From Porphyridium purpureum (lineage: Eukaryota), in contig VRMN01000003.1 in the NCBI GenBank assembly GCA_008690995.1, positions 1,178,001 through 1,242,000 on the forward strand: 64,000 bases of DNA, read 5' to 3'. The notes under the pieces are model-generated. The model worked only from the letters and a program-made list of their open reading frames with translations, was not told where the DNA came from and searched no databases. The position numbers and the translations under genes were made by a program. Shown here one piece after another: positions 61,626 through 64,000 of this stretch (positions are counted from its first letter, which is position 1; each line of letters begins with the position of its first letter).

Positions 61626-62657
61626 TTAGTACACCTCAAGCTCGTATCTGCCAGCCTTCTTCATTTCCTTGCGGTACTCGGCCCAGTCGAGCCCATCCTT
61701 GGCAAAAATCTCGGTCATGATATCGTCAACACCCGGCGCCATGCCCTTCAGGCCGCACATGTACACATACGTGTTGGGCTTCTTGAACAACGAGTACAGC
61801 TCCTCCGCGTACTCGGCCATCTTGTTCTGCAGGTACATCTTGTTGCCATCCTTGTCCGTCTGCTCGCGAGAGATGGCAAAGTCCAGTCTGAGGTTCTCCG
61901 GGAACTTGGCCTGCATCTCCTCAAGCTCCTCTTGGTACAGCAGGGTCGACGAGGTCGGCACGCCGAGGAAGAGCCACATGAGTCCCTTGAATTGGTAATC
62001 AGGGTTGTTCTCAGCAAACGCGCGGCGCAAGAACGAGCGGAACGGCGCAATGCCAGTTCCCGTCGCCAACATGATGATGGTCGCGCTGGTGTCTGCCGGC
62101 ATCAAGAGACCGGTTCCGACAGGGCCCGACAGGTTCACCGGGTCTCCTGGCTTCAGGTCGCAGATGAAGTTGCTGCACACTCCCTTGACCTCCTCGCCGG
62201 TCTCTGGGTCGTTGTATACCAATCTCTTCACGCACAGACCGACGGTCTTGTCATCGCCAAAGTCGCCGTGGCGCGTGGACGCGATCGAGTACAAACGCAC
62301 CTTGTTCGGCTTGCCCGTCTTCGGGTCGTTGCCCGGCGGGATCACGCCGACCGACTGGCCTTCCAGGTACTTGACGTTGCCGTCCGTGTTGATGATGACA
62401 TGGTTGGTCTCTCCCGGCGCGCCCTCACCGACGATCAGCGAGTTGTACACGCACGTGCCGACGTACGGCGCATTCGGGCGGAACGTGTTGAGCGGGATCT
62501 GCGACTTCTCCAGTCCGTGCGCGCTCATGACCGTTGCCCTTGCGCGGCTGCGCAGCACGGGCGCCGCGCGCGCGGCGCTCTGCACGCTCACGCATCGCTC
62601 CTGCGTGCCCACAAAGCTGGACGCGCTTCCCATAATGCTTCCAACGAAGGCAGCCAT
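61626..62657 (-). CDS. petH: Ferredoxin-NADP+ reductase, plastid-targeted
   Basis: [46 protein letters not shown] and terminal EVY; MAAFV transit peptide; strong GC3 bias. Confidence 0.98.
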   Translation of the reverse strand: MAAFVGSIMGSASSFVGTQERCVSVQSAARAAPVLRSRARATVMSAHGLEKSQIPLNTFRPNAPYVGTCVYNSLIVGEGAPGETNHVIINTDGNVKYLEGQSVGVIPPGNDPKTGKPNKVRLYSIASTRHGDFGDDKTVGLCVKRLVYNDPETGEEVKGVCSNFICDLKPGDPVNLSGPVGTGLLMPADTSATIIMLATGTGIAPFRSFLRRAFAENNPDYQFKGLMWLFLGVPTSSTLLYQEELEEMQAKFPENLRLDFAISREQTDKDGNKMYLQNKMAEYAEELYSLFKKPNTYVYMCGLKGMAPGVDDIMTEIFAKDGLDWAEYRKEMKKAGRYELEVY

Positions 62658-63112
62658 GTTGTCAAATCGCCGTTTCCCACACGCGCTCCTCTTCTCTATG
62701 TTGTCCCTCCTCCCCACTCCTTCCTTACCAACTCCTCCCGTCCCCCCTCCCCTCCTCCTCACTACTTCCTATTCCTTCTGTACCTCACGGTCTCATGTGT
62801 GAACCACAAGAGTCATCGCACACACGCCTATTTCGGTCTAGGTTCTCTTGAGCCCCCCTCGCACACGATCTGGATCAACACTAAATTACCCCTGTTTTAA
62901 TAGGAATGTCGGAGATCGACGCGACCCTGGGTGGACCACATATTTACGCGTTGTGGTAGATTGACGCTGTTTCTTCAATGAACAGCCGCACGGCGCTGCG
63001 CTTCTTGTTTGGATGAGATGGACTGTACACCTGCCGAGAGGTGCGTACACCTACGTCCAGATTGGATCATCGGTCCCAATGACCACGCCCCCAAAGACTG
63101 GACTTCCGCTGG

Positions 63113-64000
63113 TCAAGTTTGTTCCAGACGGAGAATGCATTCGCCAAACGAGCTGCCTTGCGTCAGCTGGTAGGTCAGCGCATCGTGCACAGGTTTGTAC
63201 GTGGCGAGAATCTGCGTGGCCTGCTCCCACGCCCATTGGATGCGGCGCACGCGCTCGGACTGGGAATATGAAGGCAGCTCGTGACCAGCGGCAGAGTCAG
63301 ACGCGTCGGGCATCCCGGATCCGGCCGGCAACGCAGCGATGGGACCGCTTGCTCGCCCTCGGGCCTTCCTGCGAAATGAGCCGCGCTCTTTCGCCCGCTG
63401 CAGGCTCCAGAACAGCCGGTCGCAGCACCGTGGATCCGTCTCAATCAGCGTCTTGTCCAACTGGTGCTCCGCAATGACGCCGCTTAACATCCACACAAGG
63501 TACTTATCCACAAGAGACCGTGAAAGCTCGTCAGCACTGGCTGGCGGACGACCTTTCTCCGCCGGGTCTCTTTGCAATCCAGCCCATTCACTTTGAATAC
63601 GGCTCGAGTGGGATGCGACCAACTCCTTGACGTTTGGCTCGAAGCACACAAAGGGCAGGCCAAGCAAGTAGGCCACCATGAGATGCGCGGCTTCCACTGA
63701 ACACTGTCGAACAGGGTCATCTGAAAACAAGCGACGCAGGCCCTGAGTAACACGCTCAAATGTCCCCGTCTGTGCCACAAAGCGGTCCACAGCCATGCCG
63801 CCGCCTGCTAGGACGAGCAAAGCATTCGCATAATCGTGCGAGCCGTGGTGAATATATGGCTCGAAAAGTTCAAAACTCACACCCCCTCCAAGGACTGCCA
63901 GAAAACCGCTCGCGCTGAATAAATCGAGAGACCGCGATGTGTCGAGCGTGCTCAAAAACTTGAGCGACGCAGTATCTGACTCTGCATCTGACCCCGGGCC
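63113..64000 (-). CDS. Peptidase M41-like (VIR3/cyanobacterial-type) membrane protein, 5'-truncated
   Basis: Two TM segments, then VEAAHLMVAYLLGLP, MLSGVIAE and a C-terminal WAWEQATQIL...VHDAL...GECI. The frame is open to the window end. Confidence 0.75.
   Translation of the reverse strand, partial: GPGSDAESDTASLKFLSTLDTSRSLDLFSASGFLAVLGGGVSFELFEPYIHHGSHDYANALLVLAGGGMAVDRFVAQTGTFERVTQGLRRLFSDDPVRQCSVEAAHLMVAYLLGLPFVCFEPNVKELVASHSSRIQSEWAGLQRDPAEKGRPPASADELSRSLVDKYLVWMLSGVIAEHQLDKTLIETDPRCCDRLFWSLQRAKERGSFRRKARGRASGPIAALPAGSGMPDASDSAAGHELPSYSQSERVRRIQWAWEQATQILATYKPVHDALTYQLTQGSSFGECILRLEQT

Noticed and set aside
61581..62900. 439-aa plus-strand ORF antisense to petH
   Set aside because: In-register shadow ORF caused by the strong GC3 bias of petH; no ATG start and typical antisense composition.
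1..64000. A novel multi-gene system (defence island, biosynthetic cluster, endogenous virus)
   Set aside because: The genes are functionally unrelated eukaryotic housekeeping, metabolic and regulatory genes in mixed orientation, and I recognised no integrase, capsid, intact transposase, tRNA or rRNA.

Overview
Gene-dense, essentially intron-free, GC-rich eukaryotic nuclear DNA. It is most consistent with a unicellular red alga such as Porphyridium; this is an inference from nuclear petH and BASS with 'MAAFV' plastid transit peptides, near-absent introns and very short intergenic gaps. About 33 protein-coding genes are supported. They include RRP41, a PAQR, a C2H2 zinc-finger protein, an IRE/Rim15/Greatwall-type kinase, SPC24, an AAA ATPase, a delta-9-type desaturase, an M17 aminopeptidase, a HAD hydrolase, CysQ, STRAP, a Sel1-repeat protein, AlaAT, BASS, Vps62, OGG1, IVD, DUF1295, RPA2, a PP2-A10-like protein, an MGDG-synthase-like GT28, a dual-specificity phosphatase, a LUFS protein, GT14, a calnexin-like protein, an RVE-type MYB, FNR and a truncated M41-like protein. 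I found no rRNA, tRNA or CRISPR array and no convincing new multi-gene system. The best oddities are: a soluble KDEL-terminated calnexin-type protein with a diverged lectin site; an Orai-like 4-TM orphan; a block of prokaryote-type enzymes; an untargeted bacterial-type GT28; a probable pseudo-protease; and decayed coding-like DNA with a possible reverse-transcriptase remnant. All family assignments are by motif recognition only; no database search was run. CDS starts are given at the most plausible ATG rather than the ORF-track GTG/TTG starts.
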